Below, piece by piece: positions 37,719 to 48,789 of a DNA stretch of 64,000 bases; position 1 is the first letter of the stretch; each line of letters opens with the position of its first letter. Source of the stretch: Takakia lepidozioides (lineage: Eukaryota > Plantae > Bryophyta); NCBI GenBank assembly GCA_030704615.1, contig CM060733.1, positions 43,896,001 through 43,960,000 of the forward strand, read 5' to 3'. The notes beneath the pieces were generated by a model. That model was not told the origin of the DNA. It made no database searches and saw nothing but the letters and a program-made list of their open reading frames with translations. The position numbers were made by a program, and so were the translations under genes.

Positions 37719-39693
37719 CTCCCGCATATAGTCGCCGAACTGGAGGAAACGATAATGCCACCATGCAAGCCAACTGACCATTGCTCCCTCGTCTGATTTC
37801 CTTACAGCACCTGACGATGGTCCACCAAGCCTGTATGCATGCAAACTGTGTCTCTGCATCGTCCAAGGTAGGAGCGCGCTTCCACGCAAGGCACATGGAA
37901 CGGTGCTCCTCTCTGAATCTGGCGCCACGAGCCGGTTGTGTACTGCGAAAGGCTCTGCAGAAAATGGAACCCACAAGATCTCTCCTTGCCTTCCATGGGA
38001 CATTGGGGTCTTGCCCGTACACCCTTTGGATGGCAGCCCAATTTGCTTGTGCGTTGTCTGCCATGAAACCACGAAATTCGGAGGGGGCAATCCCGCCTTG
38101 GCCATCTGTTCGTTTATTCCCTGCCAAAGAAGCATTTCCGATTGTGTGTCCTCTCCTTTCATCTCACAAATAGCAATTGTCCATTAGCATCCTGCAGTGG
38201 GTGTCGTAGACATGTGCACCCATTGTCACCCACTGGTGATTTGTAATTCGCTTGATATGGTCGAACATGACCCAACTGTTTGACAAGTTCCCACTCGTCA
38301 TCCTGTCGACTAGTTCGACGCCACTGCCAGGTCCACACGTGGACATTTTGAATACGAAACAACGATCTGCCTCAGTCCCTTGTCCTGGAAACCTACTTCC
38401 ATGAATGTAGTCATATCCACATCGTCGCTTCACCTCCAGAATGGAGTGCATATCCGAGCCACGCCCAATTTTCTGTTTGCATGAGACAATGTGGTTTCGG
38501 ACATTCGGTGAACATACGTGGGACACCGACTCCAGCAATGCCTCCATTTCCTTCTCGTCGAGAGGAACTCTATCGGAGCCGTCTTCCGACATAATTCTGG
38601 CCAATGCCATCTTATGGGCGGCTTGGAGCTGTATCTGTTTGGGTTTGGCACCCGGTCTCAACTTAACCTCCTCCTGAACGAGCTGCTCTGCTTCGTGGGC
38701 AGCCTCCCGCGAGTTCCCCCTCGCCAATTTGTGACAATGGGAACCAACGTGTATGCAAGCTCGGGTGAGGTCAGGGAAACGGTGCAACACATAGAACTGC
38801 TTGGCATTACAAACAGACATGCAGTGTGGTGGTTCTTTGCAATGCGCACACTTAAATGTGGAGTTCGGAACCTTCTCATGAGCTCGAAATGGTTGATGAG
38901 CTGTGCCTGTCCAATCGGTCTCGTTCCTGTGACCTCTGGATTTAAAGTGGAAGCAAGTTGGGGAGAAACACCGCAACGCGCCCGCACAAACAACGTAGCG
39001 CACCCGCACACCATCGAGCATCTTCATGCTGGTGGTTTTGGTAACGCACCAAGGATGACCGTCATGTTTTCTATCCATATCTGTCAACATTCCGGACGCC
39101 CTCGAGTAGTCCGCCCGAGGAGGGAACTCAAAGAAGATATTACCGTCGACGTCGGCGGGAAGGCATGTAACCGATTTAATTGCAAACTTGCTGTAGTCCA
39201 GCCCGGCCAGCTCCGACCGGTTGTCCCTCCAGGTGAAGCCTCGCAGAATTTCAAGAATAGATCGAACTGCGGTGCTCGTGCTGGGAATATGACTCCCTCC
39301 TCCACTGACGTCCATTGAGGACTTGCCTGATCTCCAGGACGACCTCGGAACTTCCATGACCTCGTCTGAGTCGGACAGGTTGTGAACAACCCGGTTCTCG
39401 CTCGTCTTCATGGATGGGTTCGGCTCTGGATTTACTTGTAAATGAAGTCCCCAACAGCCCTGTATATGACGCTGTCCAATGGTGGAACTCGCCATTCCCT
39501 GCCATTCCGAAATCATCGTGGAGCACAACAATACTCTCGACAACAAGGCCGTTAGAGTCCTTCCTTTCCTCCTCCAAAAAAAACCGACCCCGGTTTCAGG
39601 TGTATATCGAACGCACAGATATTTCTCCATCACCCGGCAGGTATCCCCTCTGCACGGAAATGAAGCTCTATGCTCGTGAGGAGGGCAGTACAC
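37719..39693 (-). pseudogene. MULE transposase exon with GCM-like Zn DNA-binding domain; downstream exon missing
   Basis: DGHPW...CAGALRC..C...CAHC..C..C...HVGSHCH (WRKY-GCM1-like), WVMFDHIKR, FMADNAQAN, SCGFHF. GT donor at 37718 at the same position as in A; frameshifts. Confidence 0.85.
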
Positions 39694-39999
39694 TGTAGCG
39701 CTCGGGTTTTTCTGCCATGGGAGATGTGCACACAGACTCCCAGGATGGAGTGCGGGGAAGCTCCCTGGTAGAAGGGGGATGCAGCGATGGGAATGAATAC
39801 GATGCCGATTTGTCCGAGCGACGAAGCCTGATCCAAATCCAGGGAGCCAACTATCTCAAAAATCCACAGTCAGAGTGTTAATGAACCTTGTCTCCGGAAT
39901 GCGGCCCCTGGTCTTTGCGCAATAACTGCCAACGGTATGCAGTCAGAAAGTGGGGGGCCCGTCCGGATGATGATGGCTGAAGGGAGAAGCCGGCACCGT

Positions 40000-41740
40000 G
40001 CCGTCACATTACTACCCCCGAATGGAAATTCGGCACCCAATATCCAACAGGGGAAGCCCGGATGAAGTCGCCTCGGGCGCAGAGACCGGCGCGTGTGCGA
40101 CAGAGAATATCCCCTGGATGGAGATTCGGCGCCGAATTTCCATCCGGGCCCCCAAAGGAAGTCGTTTCGGGGGTCAGGCCGAAAACTGGCCGGCATAAAA
40201 ACATCCCCAGATGGAAAAACGGCGCCGAATTTCCATCCGGGGCGGTTCGGATGCAGTCGGGGAGGGGGAGAGGCCGGCACTTGGCCACTTTTCAACCCCC
40301 GGCCGGACAGAAATTCGGCACCGAATACGAACAGGGGACGCCCGGATGAAGTCGCCTCGGGCGTAGAGGTCGGCACGTGTTCGACAGAGAGCATCCCCTG
40401 GATGGAGATTCGGTGCCGAATTTCCATCCGGCCCCCCCCAAGGAAGTCTTGTCGGGGTGTCAGACCGAAAACTGGCCGACATAAAAACCTCCCCAAATGG
40501 GAAAACGGCGCCGAATTTCAATCCGGGGCCGTTCCAATGCAGTCGGGGAGGGGGGAGAGGTCGGCACCTGGCTGTCATATTTCAACCGCCGGACGGAAAT
40601 AGGGCACCGAATAACCAACAGAGCGGCGGAGAGGCCGGCACCTCTCCGACAGAGACCAGCCCCCGGATGGAAATTCGGCGCCGAATTTCCACCCAGCAGG
40701 CAAGTGCAATCCCGGATGGATGGAAATCCGTCGCCGAATTTCCATCCAGCAGGTAAGTGAAATCCCGGATCGATCGAAATCCGGCGCCGCATATCCATCC
40801 TGCAGGTAGTTCGAATCCCTGCTGGATGGAAATTCCGCGCCGAATTTCCATCCAGCAGGTAAGTTGAATCCCGGATGGATGGAAATCCGGCGCCGAATTT
40901 CCATCCAGAAGGTAAGTCGGATCACTGGCGTATGGATATTCGGCGCCGAATTTCCATTCGCTAGGTATTTCATCGCTGAGAATTACCTTCCTGCAGGTAA
41001 TTCTGATCGATGAATTACCTTCCTGCAGGTAATTCTCAGCGATGAATTACCTTCCTGCAGGTAATTCTTATCGACGAAGGTAGGAAGGTAATTCCACGCT
41101 CAGAATTACCTGCAGGAAGGTAATTCCGAGATGAGAATTACCTGCAGGGAGGTAATTCATCGATCAGAATTACCTGCAGGAAGGTAATTCTCAGCGATAA
41201 ATTACCTGCAGGATGGAAATTCAGCGCCGGATTTCAATCCATCCGGGATTCCAGTTACCTGCTGGATGGAAATGCGGCGCCGAATTTCCATCCATCCGGG
41301 ATTCCACTTACCTGCTGGATGGAAATCCGGCGCCGAATTTCCATCCATCTGGGATTCGAATTACCTGCAGGATGGAAATTCGGCGCCGAATTTCCAATCA
41401 TCCGGGATTCCACTTACCTGCTGGATGGAAATCTGGCGCCGAATTTCCATCCATCCGGGATTCCACTTACCTGCAGGATGGAAATCCGGTGCCGGATCTC
41501 CATCCATCTGCTCTCCGACCAACCTTGCCGATGGAAATCCGGTACCGGATTTCCATCCATCCGCTATTCGAATTACCTGCATGACGGAAATTTTGCGCGC
41601 TGACCTAGCTGGCTGATGGAAATCCGGCGCCGGATTTCCATCCATCCGCTATTCGAATTACCTGCATGACGGAAATTTTGCGCGCCGACCTAGCTGGCTG
41701 ATGAAAATCCGGCGCCGGATTTCCATCCATCCGCAATGGA
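40000..41740. repeat. Palindrome array (ATGGAAATTCGGCGCCGAATTTCCAT; 53-bp period in part) forming a large inverted repeat centred near 41085
   Basis: Cores at 41276, 41329, 41382, 41435; 40972-41040 is the reverse complement of 41132-41199. Confidence 0.9.
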
Positions 41741-43595
41741 AAAACGGCGCCGAAAAAAAAAAAAAAAAAAAAAAAAACGCCATTTTTTCAGTTCCGGGCC
41801 GATAACGGCTAAGTCCCAGATATGACTGGCACCCAAAATCGGAAATTCGGCGCCATTTTTCCAGTCATGCAGGTAATTCGAAGAGCGGATGGATGGAAAT
41901 CCGGCGTCGGATTTTCATCCATCCGCTCTTCGAATTACCTGCATGACGGAAATTTTGCGCGCCGACTTACCTGGCGGATGGAAATCCGGCGCCGGATTTC
42001 CATCCATCCGCTCTTCGAATTACCTGCATGACTGGAAAAATGGCGCTGAATTTCCGATTTTGGTGCCAGTCAGATCTGGGACTTAGCCATTTTCGGCAAC
42101 GAAATGAAAAAAAAGAGCCGAAAAAAAAAAAAAAACCGCCATTTTTCTAGTTCGGGGCCGAAAACGGCTAAGTCCCAGATCTGACTCGCACCAAAATCGG
42201 AAATTCGGCGCCATTTTTCCAGTCATGCAGGTAATTCGAAGAGCGGATGGATGGATGGAAATCCGGTGCCGGTTTTCATCCATCCGCTCTTCGAATTACC
42301 TGCATGACGGAAATTTTGCGCGCCGACTTATCTGGTGGATGGAAATCCGGCGCCGGATTTCCATCCATCCGCTCTTTGAATTACCTGCATGACTGGAAAA
42401 ATGGCGCCGAATTTCCGATTTTGGTGCTAGTCAGATCTGGGACTTAGACATTTTTGGCCCCGAAATGGAAAAATGGCGCCAAAAAAAAAAAAAAAAACGC
42501 CATTTTTTCTTGTTCGTCGCCGAAAACGGCTAAGTCCCAGATCTGACTGGCACCCAAAATCGGAAATTCGGCGCCATTTTTCCATTTCTGGGCCGAGTCA
42601 GATCTGGGACTTAGCCATTTTCGGCCCGCAGGAAAAAGGCGCCGAAAAAAAAAAAAAAAAAAAAAAACGCCATTTTTCCAGTTCGGGGTCGAAAACGGCT
42701 AAGTCCCAGATCTGGCTGGCACCCAAAATCGGAAATTCGGTGCCATTTTTCCAGTTCTGGGCCCAGTCAGATCTGGGACTTAGCCATTTTAGGCCCCGAA
42801 CTGGAAAAAATGGCGCCGAAAAAAAATTTTTAAAAAAAAACTCAATTTTTCCAGTTCAGGGTCGAAAACGGCTAAGTCCCAGATCTGACTGGCACCCAAA
42901 ATCGGAAATTCGGCGCCATTTTTCCAGTTCGGGGCCCAGTCAGATCTGGGACTTAGCCATTTTAGGCCCCGAACTGGAAAAATGCCGTCGAAAAAAAAAA
43001 AAAAAACGGCCATTTTTCTAGTTCGGGGCCGAAAACGGCTAAGTCCCAGATCTGGCTGGCACCCAAAATCGGAAATTCGGCGCCATTTTTCCAGTTCGGG
43101 GCCCAATCTGATCTGGGACTTAGCCATTTTCGGCCCCGAAATGGAAAAATGGCGCCATTTTTCCAGTTTCGGGCCCCGAAAATGGCTAAGTCCCTACGAT
43201 GGCTGGAACCGCAACTGGAAATTCGACAGCATTTTTCCAGTTCCGCGCCCTATCAGATCTGGGACTTAGCCATTTTCGGCCCCGAACTGGAAAAATGGCG
43301 CCATTTTTCCAGTTCGGGGCCGAAAATGGCTAAGTCCCTAGGGTGGCTGGCACCAAAATCGGAAATTCGGCGCCATTTTTCCAGTTCCGGGCCCAGTCAG
43401 ATCTGGGACTTAGCCATTTTAGGCCCCGAACTGGTAAAATGGCACCGAAAAAAAAAAAAAAAAAAAAAAACGCCATTGTTCTAGTTCGGGGCCTAAAATG
43501 GCTAAGTCCCAGATCTGACTGGCACCAAAATCGGAAATTCGGCGCCATTTTTCCAGTTCCGGGCCTAGTCAGATCTGGGACTTAGCCATTTTCGG
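41740..43595. repeat. Foldback array of hairpin units GGCTAAGTCCCAGATCTGACTGG...GGCGCC...CCAGTCAGATCTGGGACTTAGCC with poly-A loops
   Basis: Unit recurs at about 42530, 42700, 42870, 43040, 43330 and 43500. Confidence 0.9.
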
Positions 43596-46248
43596 CAAGT
43601 AAATGCAATAAAATGTTGCTTTTCAAGTCCACTGGTGCCACATTCCAACTTCACATGACCCTATTTCCGTGCCTCCTAACCCTATTTCCGTGGACTTACA
43701 ATGGTCTGCTCATGTTTTTGTTTTTCCGCTCATGCTCATGTCGCTCATGAAATAGCAGCCCCCAAACATCTCCGTCAACCAGAGACAGACCTCGGGCTCG
43801 TACACACAGTCCGCCACGAAACTCTCAACGTCAGAAAGGTGCTCACTCACAAAGGTTTGCTAATCGCAATCAGTAAACCGTGAGGACACGGCTTTTTAAG
43901 AGGGGAAGGGGTAATGTTAGAGGACTGTCTGGGACTTAGACACTTATACGGGATCTATAGGGTACCCTTAATTTTGCACAGACTGAGACCAACAGGAGCC
44001 TTAGGGGTGACAGCAGCGCACTGTACAGGGGGGTTACACAGCCCGTCACAGCCGACACAGCAACACAGCCCGTCACAGTCGTCACAGTCGTCACAGCCGA
44101 CACAGCCAACACAGCCCGTCACAGCAGTCACAGCCGACACAGCCAACACAGCCGTCACAGTCGTCACAGCAGACACAGCCACACAGCCAGTCACAGCCCG
44201 ACACAGCCAAACACAGTCGCACAGCCAGTCACAGCCCGTCACAGTTTCACACAGCCAGTCACAGCTTGACACAGTTGTCACGACCATAGGGAACGGAGAG
44301 CAGGACAGGGAACGACTGTGGGGAACAACACCTGCAAAAGGAACATGTTAGTTCACGGACGACGGTTAGTGAGGGAAACGGTTAGAGCCACGGGTAGGAA
44401 GATAAAGGAGGAAGCAGGGGCTTTTTGGGGGGATTATTGGAGGCACTGGTGGGGAAGCAATTCTTGGTCATGCATGAGAGGGGATCGGGCAGAGATGAAG
44501 AACGGAAGCGAAGATGGAGAGATGATGACTAGATGCTTGTTATATGCAAAGCTGTAGTGATATTGTAGAGCAGATTAGAGACATAATGGCTTCGGCCTGA
44601 CACCTGATAAATCATAATCGGATACTTATACGATACAATCACACTGTGTAGAGAGATCTGAGTGAAGCTGAGGAATGAATGGATGAGTTGATGGAATCCA
44701 ATAGATTGATAAAGCAAACTGGTACTTAATTATCAATGGTAAGGTAGCTAACATGAATGCCAAAAGGGAAACAAATAGGAAACACCCCCATGATACATTA
44801 GCTGTAGGTCATGACTGATTGTTCTGCGCGGGCTGAGTACTTAGAGATTTCCAACTCTTCTATCTTGGAGTTTCCGCCTCGAATAGCGAAGGGATGGGTG
44901 AGTAAAAGCCGCGCGACAATTGGGCCAGACACTATGATAGGAGACTTTGCGGCAGTACCCTGTAATCTTTTCATCTTCTCTACCAGTGCGTTGTACATTA
45001 TGTCCGCCCATTCTACCTCTTCTTCTCTCAGGGCTTTGAGTATTTCCTCTGTGAAGGATCTGCTCAAATACTGTTGGTTCTGTTTCATGGCAAACAGAAC
45101 GTTCAATACCTGGCCTACCTCCTTTAGCCCTGGGTACACGGCCTTGGTACAAGCGTAACCCTGAGTTTTAAAGAAACTCCCTTCTTGGAATAAGTCCCAT
45201 AATTGCAGTGTTGCCCTGTGCCCCTCCACATGCACTTGACCTGCTGGCAATTGAAACAATTGTTGTAGGTATAGGGGAGTAATTTCTAATTCCACTCCCT
45301 TCACTGTTGTTGCTCCTGTCTTAGGCTCGAAGTTCTGCAAGAATTGTAACATGTACTGTCGATGGTGCAATGTCCAATCTTTGTTTTGCAATCCTTGCAA
45401 TCTCAGCTCCTTCAGTAACTGTACTGCCTGTGGAGTAGCAATCGTTTGTTTCTGCAGGATTGTGGTGCTCTTCACCCTGATTTCCTCCATTCCTCTCACT
45501 CTCTTCATTCTAGACCCACAGAAATGTTTTGGCTGTAACAATTGAAGAAATGCCTGCAGGGCACAAAGCATAAAAGTATGGTTGCTACAAAAAGCTATGG
45601 GTAACTGCTTGTAAGCCTGCGGGGCTTGCAAGTATCGATCAAGAGAAAAGATCCGCTCTGTTCTTTCGTTTCTATGCCACTGCGTAAGTAATATTGCGAG
45701 CGTATAGTCTGTTAGTTCTTCCATAGCTTCAAAGCTATAGCATTGATGGTTTGTCCCGTCGAGACGCCCGTTACTTAGAACGACGCCGACTGTTGCGCTT
45801 AATTTTCCTCCAATTTCTTGATCCTTTTTTCTGGCTTTTGATTGGCTGTAACTTCTGTGACTGGATTTTAGATTTAATTTTCTTTAGTGGACTTTCCCTG
45901 CTGGACTGTCCATTAGGATAACACATGTGACAAGAATTTCGCTTTTCTGTACTTGCCGTTTGTTCTGTTGCCCCTTTTTCGTATTCATTAATGGGCCCGC
46001 CATTCATTCGAATTGACGCGCTAAGTAGGTACTTTGACGGCCATTCTTGTCCTCTTTCTTGATGACACTGGTTCTTGCATTTCCTCCTTAGCTGTGTGTC
46101 GCGCCTTGACTTCCACGTGTCCTTTTCTAAACTGGCTTCCGTTTTTTTTTCCGTCAGCCATTTCCTTGAAGTTATCCTGCGTGCACGTGTCACTGATTCT
46201 ATGGATTGTGTAACCCTAGTAGGTTGTGTTGAGCTGTGACAGACTGTG

Positions 46249-48789
46249 TCATACTCTGGTATGTTGTGATAGGCTGTGATGCACTGTGGTGAGCTGTGAT
46301 AGGTTGTGATAGGCTGTGTTGCGCCGTTTTGGGCTGTGATAGGCTATGTCACGTCGTGATGGGCTGTGATAGGCTATGTCGCACTTTGATGCGTTGTGAT
46401 AGGCTGTGTCACGTCGTGATGGGCTGTGATAGGCTGTGTCGCGCCTTGATGGGTTGTGATTGGTTGTATCGCGCCTGCTTTGCCCGCCCCGGTCATATAT
46501 GCTCAGCCTAACGACAAGTGCTCCATACTCCGTTGGTAACACTGGCGCAGCCCATGACTGCTCTTGCGTTTCATCATGTAAATCATGCCGCAATGGTTTG
46601 TCATGGATACCACTGTACCCCTTCAACTTACTATCATTGACTCTTCCCAGCATCTCTTTGTTAATGGTTTGTAACATGGCGGTGTTGTTATCATACATCT
46701 TTTGTATGACATAAGGTCCTTTCCATGGTGATTTAAGCTTAGAAGCTTTAATCTTTCCTTTCTTCTGCAACCATAGAACCAAATCTCCCGTCTTAAAAGT
46801 CTTTAACTTGCCTTCATCAAATTGTTCCTTCCTCTTCATCTGAATTCTGGTCATATTATCAGCTGCATCAGCACGTACTTCTTCCACATGGTATAATTCA
46901 TGCTTCCTGACCTTAATGGAATCTTGCAATTCCATTCTCTTTCCCCATTCCGTTCTCATGGTAGGTAACAGGAATTCCACTGGAAGTAAGGCTTCCATAC
47001 CGTAAACTAATTGGAATGGTGTATACTTAGTGGTGACTTTATATGAAGTCCTGTATGACCACAAAGCTGTCAACAGCTTTGTATCCCAATCCGTTCTGTT
47101 TGCATTGACTATCTTAGCCAAGATAGTACATAGTATTTTGTTGGTAGCCTCTGCCTGTCCATTACCCTGTGGGTAATATGTTGTACTCTTCCTATGCACA
47201 ATCATGAATTCTTTAGTCAATATTTCAATGGTCTCATTAATGAAGTGACTTCCCTGATCACTGATAAATTCTAAGGGACAGCCAAATCGTGTAAATATGT
47301 TCTCATACAGGAATCTTGTTGTGGACTTGGCTGTGTTGTCCCTCAAAGCTTTAGCTTCCACCCACTTCGTAGTATAATCAGTGGCTGTAATTATGTACCT
47401 GTTCCGTGTATTCTTGGCTGGTGGGTTAATTGGTCCAACAAAGTCTAGTCCCCATTTCTGAAATGGTTCCGTAGGCATTGTAGGATGCAAGGCCATCCTT
47501 CCAGATCTCTGCAAAGGTCCTAGCCTCTGACATTCATCACAACTTTGACAATACTTGTGTACATCTTTGAATAAAGTAGGCCACCAGTAACCTGCGAGTA
47601 GTATCTTTCTACTGGTAGTCTCTTCCCCAAAATGACCTCCAGCCACTCCTTTATGAACTTCCTCCAAAACTTTATTTACTTCATGGTGGTACAAGCATCG
47701 TTTTAGTACTCCATCAGGTCCTAGCTTATACATTCTGCTTCCTACCATAGTATAAGGTAAAGCTTTGATAGCGATTCTCTTCCTCTGCTCCTTACCATAA
47801 CTAGGTGGGCATTGACCATGAGTAAGGTAGTATCTGATTGGCCACTGCCAATCTAACCATTCATCTACACTTCTTTGCACCTCCATTACAAATAAACTCG
47901 CATCAAGTAACTGATCGTCCACTCCTGTGGCGGCCTCTCCTCTTGTTAGTCGTGACAAATGATCTGCCACAAGATGCAAACGGCCAGACTTGTAAATAAC
48001 TTCGAACTCAAACTCATGCAAGATTATTAACCACCTCGCTATCCTTCCACTTATCAAAGGTTTGTTCACCAGATTTTTTCCTGAATATATTGGAAAAGGT
48101 GATTTTGCCCGTGTTGGTTGTAACGCCATCTGTGGCCCCACCTTCTGCCCACTGACAGGTGCTAGCACCCTTGCTGGTGCTGGTCCTTCAGGACCTGTTG
48201 TTGTTGTGGTGGATCTTCCACCAAGTGGTGGCCCTTGAGCACTCCTTGCTACTGGCCCCACGATATTCACAGTATTCCCAGCTTCAGTTGCACTACTTCC
48301 CACACTCCCTGTCCCCCCAGAGCCAGATCCAGGCAGCCCGCCTGATCCCCCTGAGCCGACACCTTTGTTGGCCTGTGATCCAAGTGCTCCACTTGATCCA
48401 GGTCCAACGGGTTGGGATGTCTTGGTTGTAGTCTCAACCTCAATTGTTGGGTCTACTTCTTCATAGCCTTCCTCTTCCAATTTCTTCTCTCTGTTTTCAT
48501 TCTCCAAGTTCTGCCCTTGGGTTTCTTCTTCACTCATGTAACTCAACTGTAATGGTGTTGGAGAGTCTGAACTCTCCATTGGCTCTGCCACATCCTCTCC
48601 TCCTTCTTCACCTTCCGCTTCAGAAACTGGAGTTCCTGCTTTTGGTGTTCCATGCCAACTCTTATCAAAGATTTCTGTCAAATCTTTTATCCAGGGATGT
48701 ACCTCAGATCTTTCACCTTGTGATTGATCTTCTTCCCGTACCAATTCCCTTAATCTTTCTTGCAAAGAAACAGAAGGAGTGGCATCCAA
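46249..48789 (-). CDS. In-frame fusion of gag N-terminus to RNase H C-terminus and full integrase
   Basis: ...[13 protein letters not shown]|[15 protein letters not shown]...VADHLSRL... integrase motifs intact; junction at about 48075. Confidence 0.8.
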   Translation of the reverse strand: MDATPSVSLQERLRELVREEDQSQGERSEVHPWIKDLTEIFDKSWHGTPKAGTPVSEAEGEEGGEDVAEPMESSDSPTPLQLSYMSEEETQGQNLENENREKKLEEEGYEEVDPTIEVETTTKTSQPVGPGSSGALGSQANKGVGSGGSGGLPGSGSGGTGSVGSSATEAGNTVNIVGPVARSAQGPPLGGRSTTTTTGPEGPAPARVLAPVSGQKVGPQMALQPTRAKSPFPIYSGKNLVNKPLISGRIARWLIILHEFEFEVIYKSGRLHLVADHLSRLTRGEAATGVDDQLLDASLFVMEVQRSVDEWLDWQWPIRYYLTHGQCPPSYGKEQRKRIAIKALPYTMVGSRMYKLGPDGVLKRCLYHHEVNKVLEEVHKGVAGGHFGEETTSRKILLAGYWWPTLFKDVHKYCQSCDECQRLGPLQRSGRMALHPTMPTEPFQKWGLDFVGPINPPAKNTRNRYIITATDYTTKWVEAKALRDNTAKSTTRFLYENIFTRFGCPLEFISDQGSHFINETIEILTKEFMIVHRKSTTYYPQGNGQAEATNKILCTILAKIVNANRTDWDTKLLTALWSYRTSYKVTTKYTPFQLVYGMEALLPVEFLLPTMRTEWGKRMELQDSIKVRKHELYHVEEVRADAADNMTRIQMKRKEQFDEGKLKTFKTGDLVLWLQKKGKIKASKLKSPWKGPYVIQKMYDNNTAMLQTINKEMLGRVNDSKLKGYSGIHDKPLRHDLHDETQEQSWAAPVLPTEYGALVVRLSIYDRGGQSRRDTTNHNPSRRDTAYHSPSRRDTAYHNASKCDIAYHSPSRRDIAYHSPKRRNTAYHNLSQLTTVHHSLSQHTRV

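Larger units (their letters stand above)
37281..43763. mobile_element. Mutator-like element C with both ends; transposase retained in part, MTase gene absent
   Basis: TIRs GAGGTTTGCTATTTCATGAGC and GCTCATGAAATAGCAGCCCCC. TSD AAACATCT at 37273-37280 and 43764-43771; the empty site is seen in the copy near 22070-22085. Confidence 0.95.
37110..44918 (+). mobile_element. 5'-truncated R1 piece (3' ORF tail, PPT, LTR 43915-44918), itself split by element C
   Basis: Flanked by ATTGG at 37105-37109 and 44919-44923; PPT AAGAGGGGAAGGGGTAA before TGTTAG at 43915. Confidence 0.85.

Noticed and set aside
39870-43585. Many overlapping ORFs (MEIRRRISIH..., LSPRSDW...)
   Set aside because: Translations of stop-poor palindromic repeats, open on both strands.
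37281-43763. Classification as Zisupton/KDZ or hAT because of the 8-bp TSD and SWIM
   Set aside because: E has a 9-bp TSD, and the D..D..CxxH..E spacing with GCM-like and SWIM domains fits MULE better. Phylogeny is needed to exclude this fully.
44798-44918. C-terminus of the 308-aa ORF 44798-45724
   Set aside because: Read-through into the antisense LTR of the inserted piece. Likewise the GGLLFHERHEHER tail of ORF 14345-15715 is the TIR of element B.
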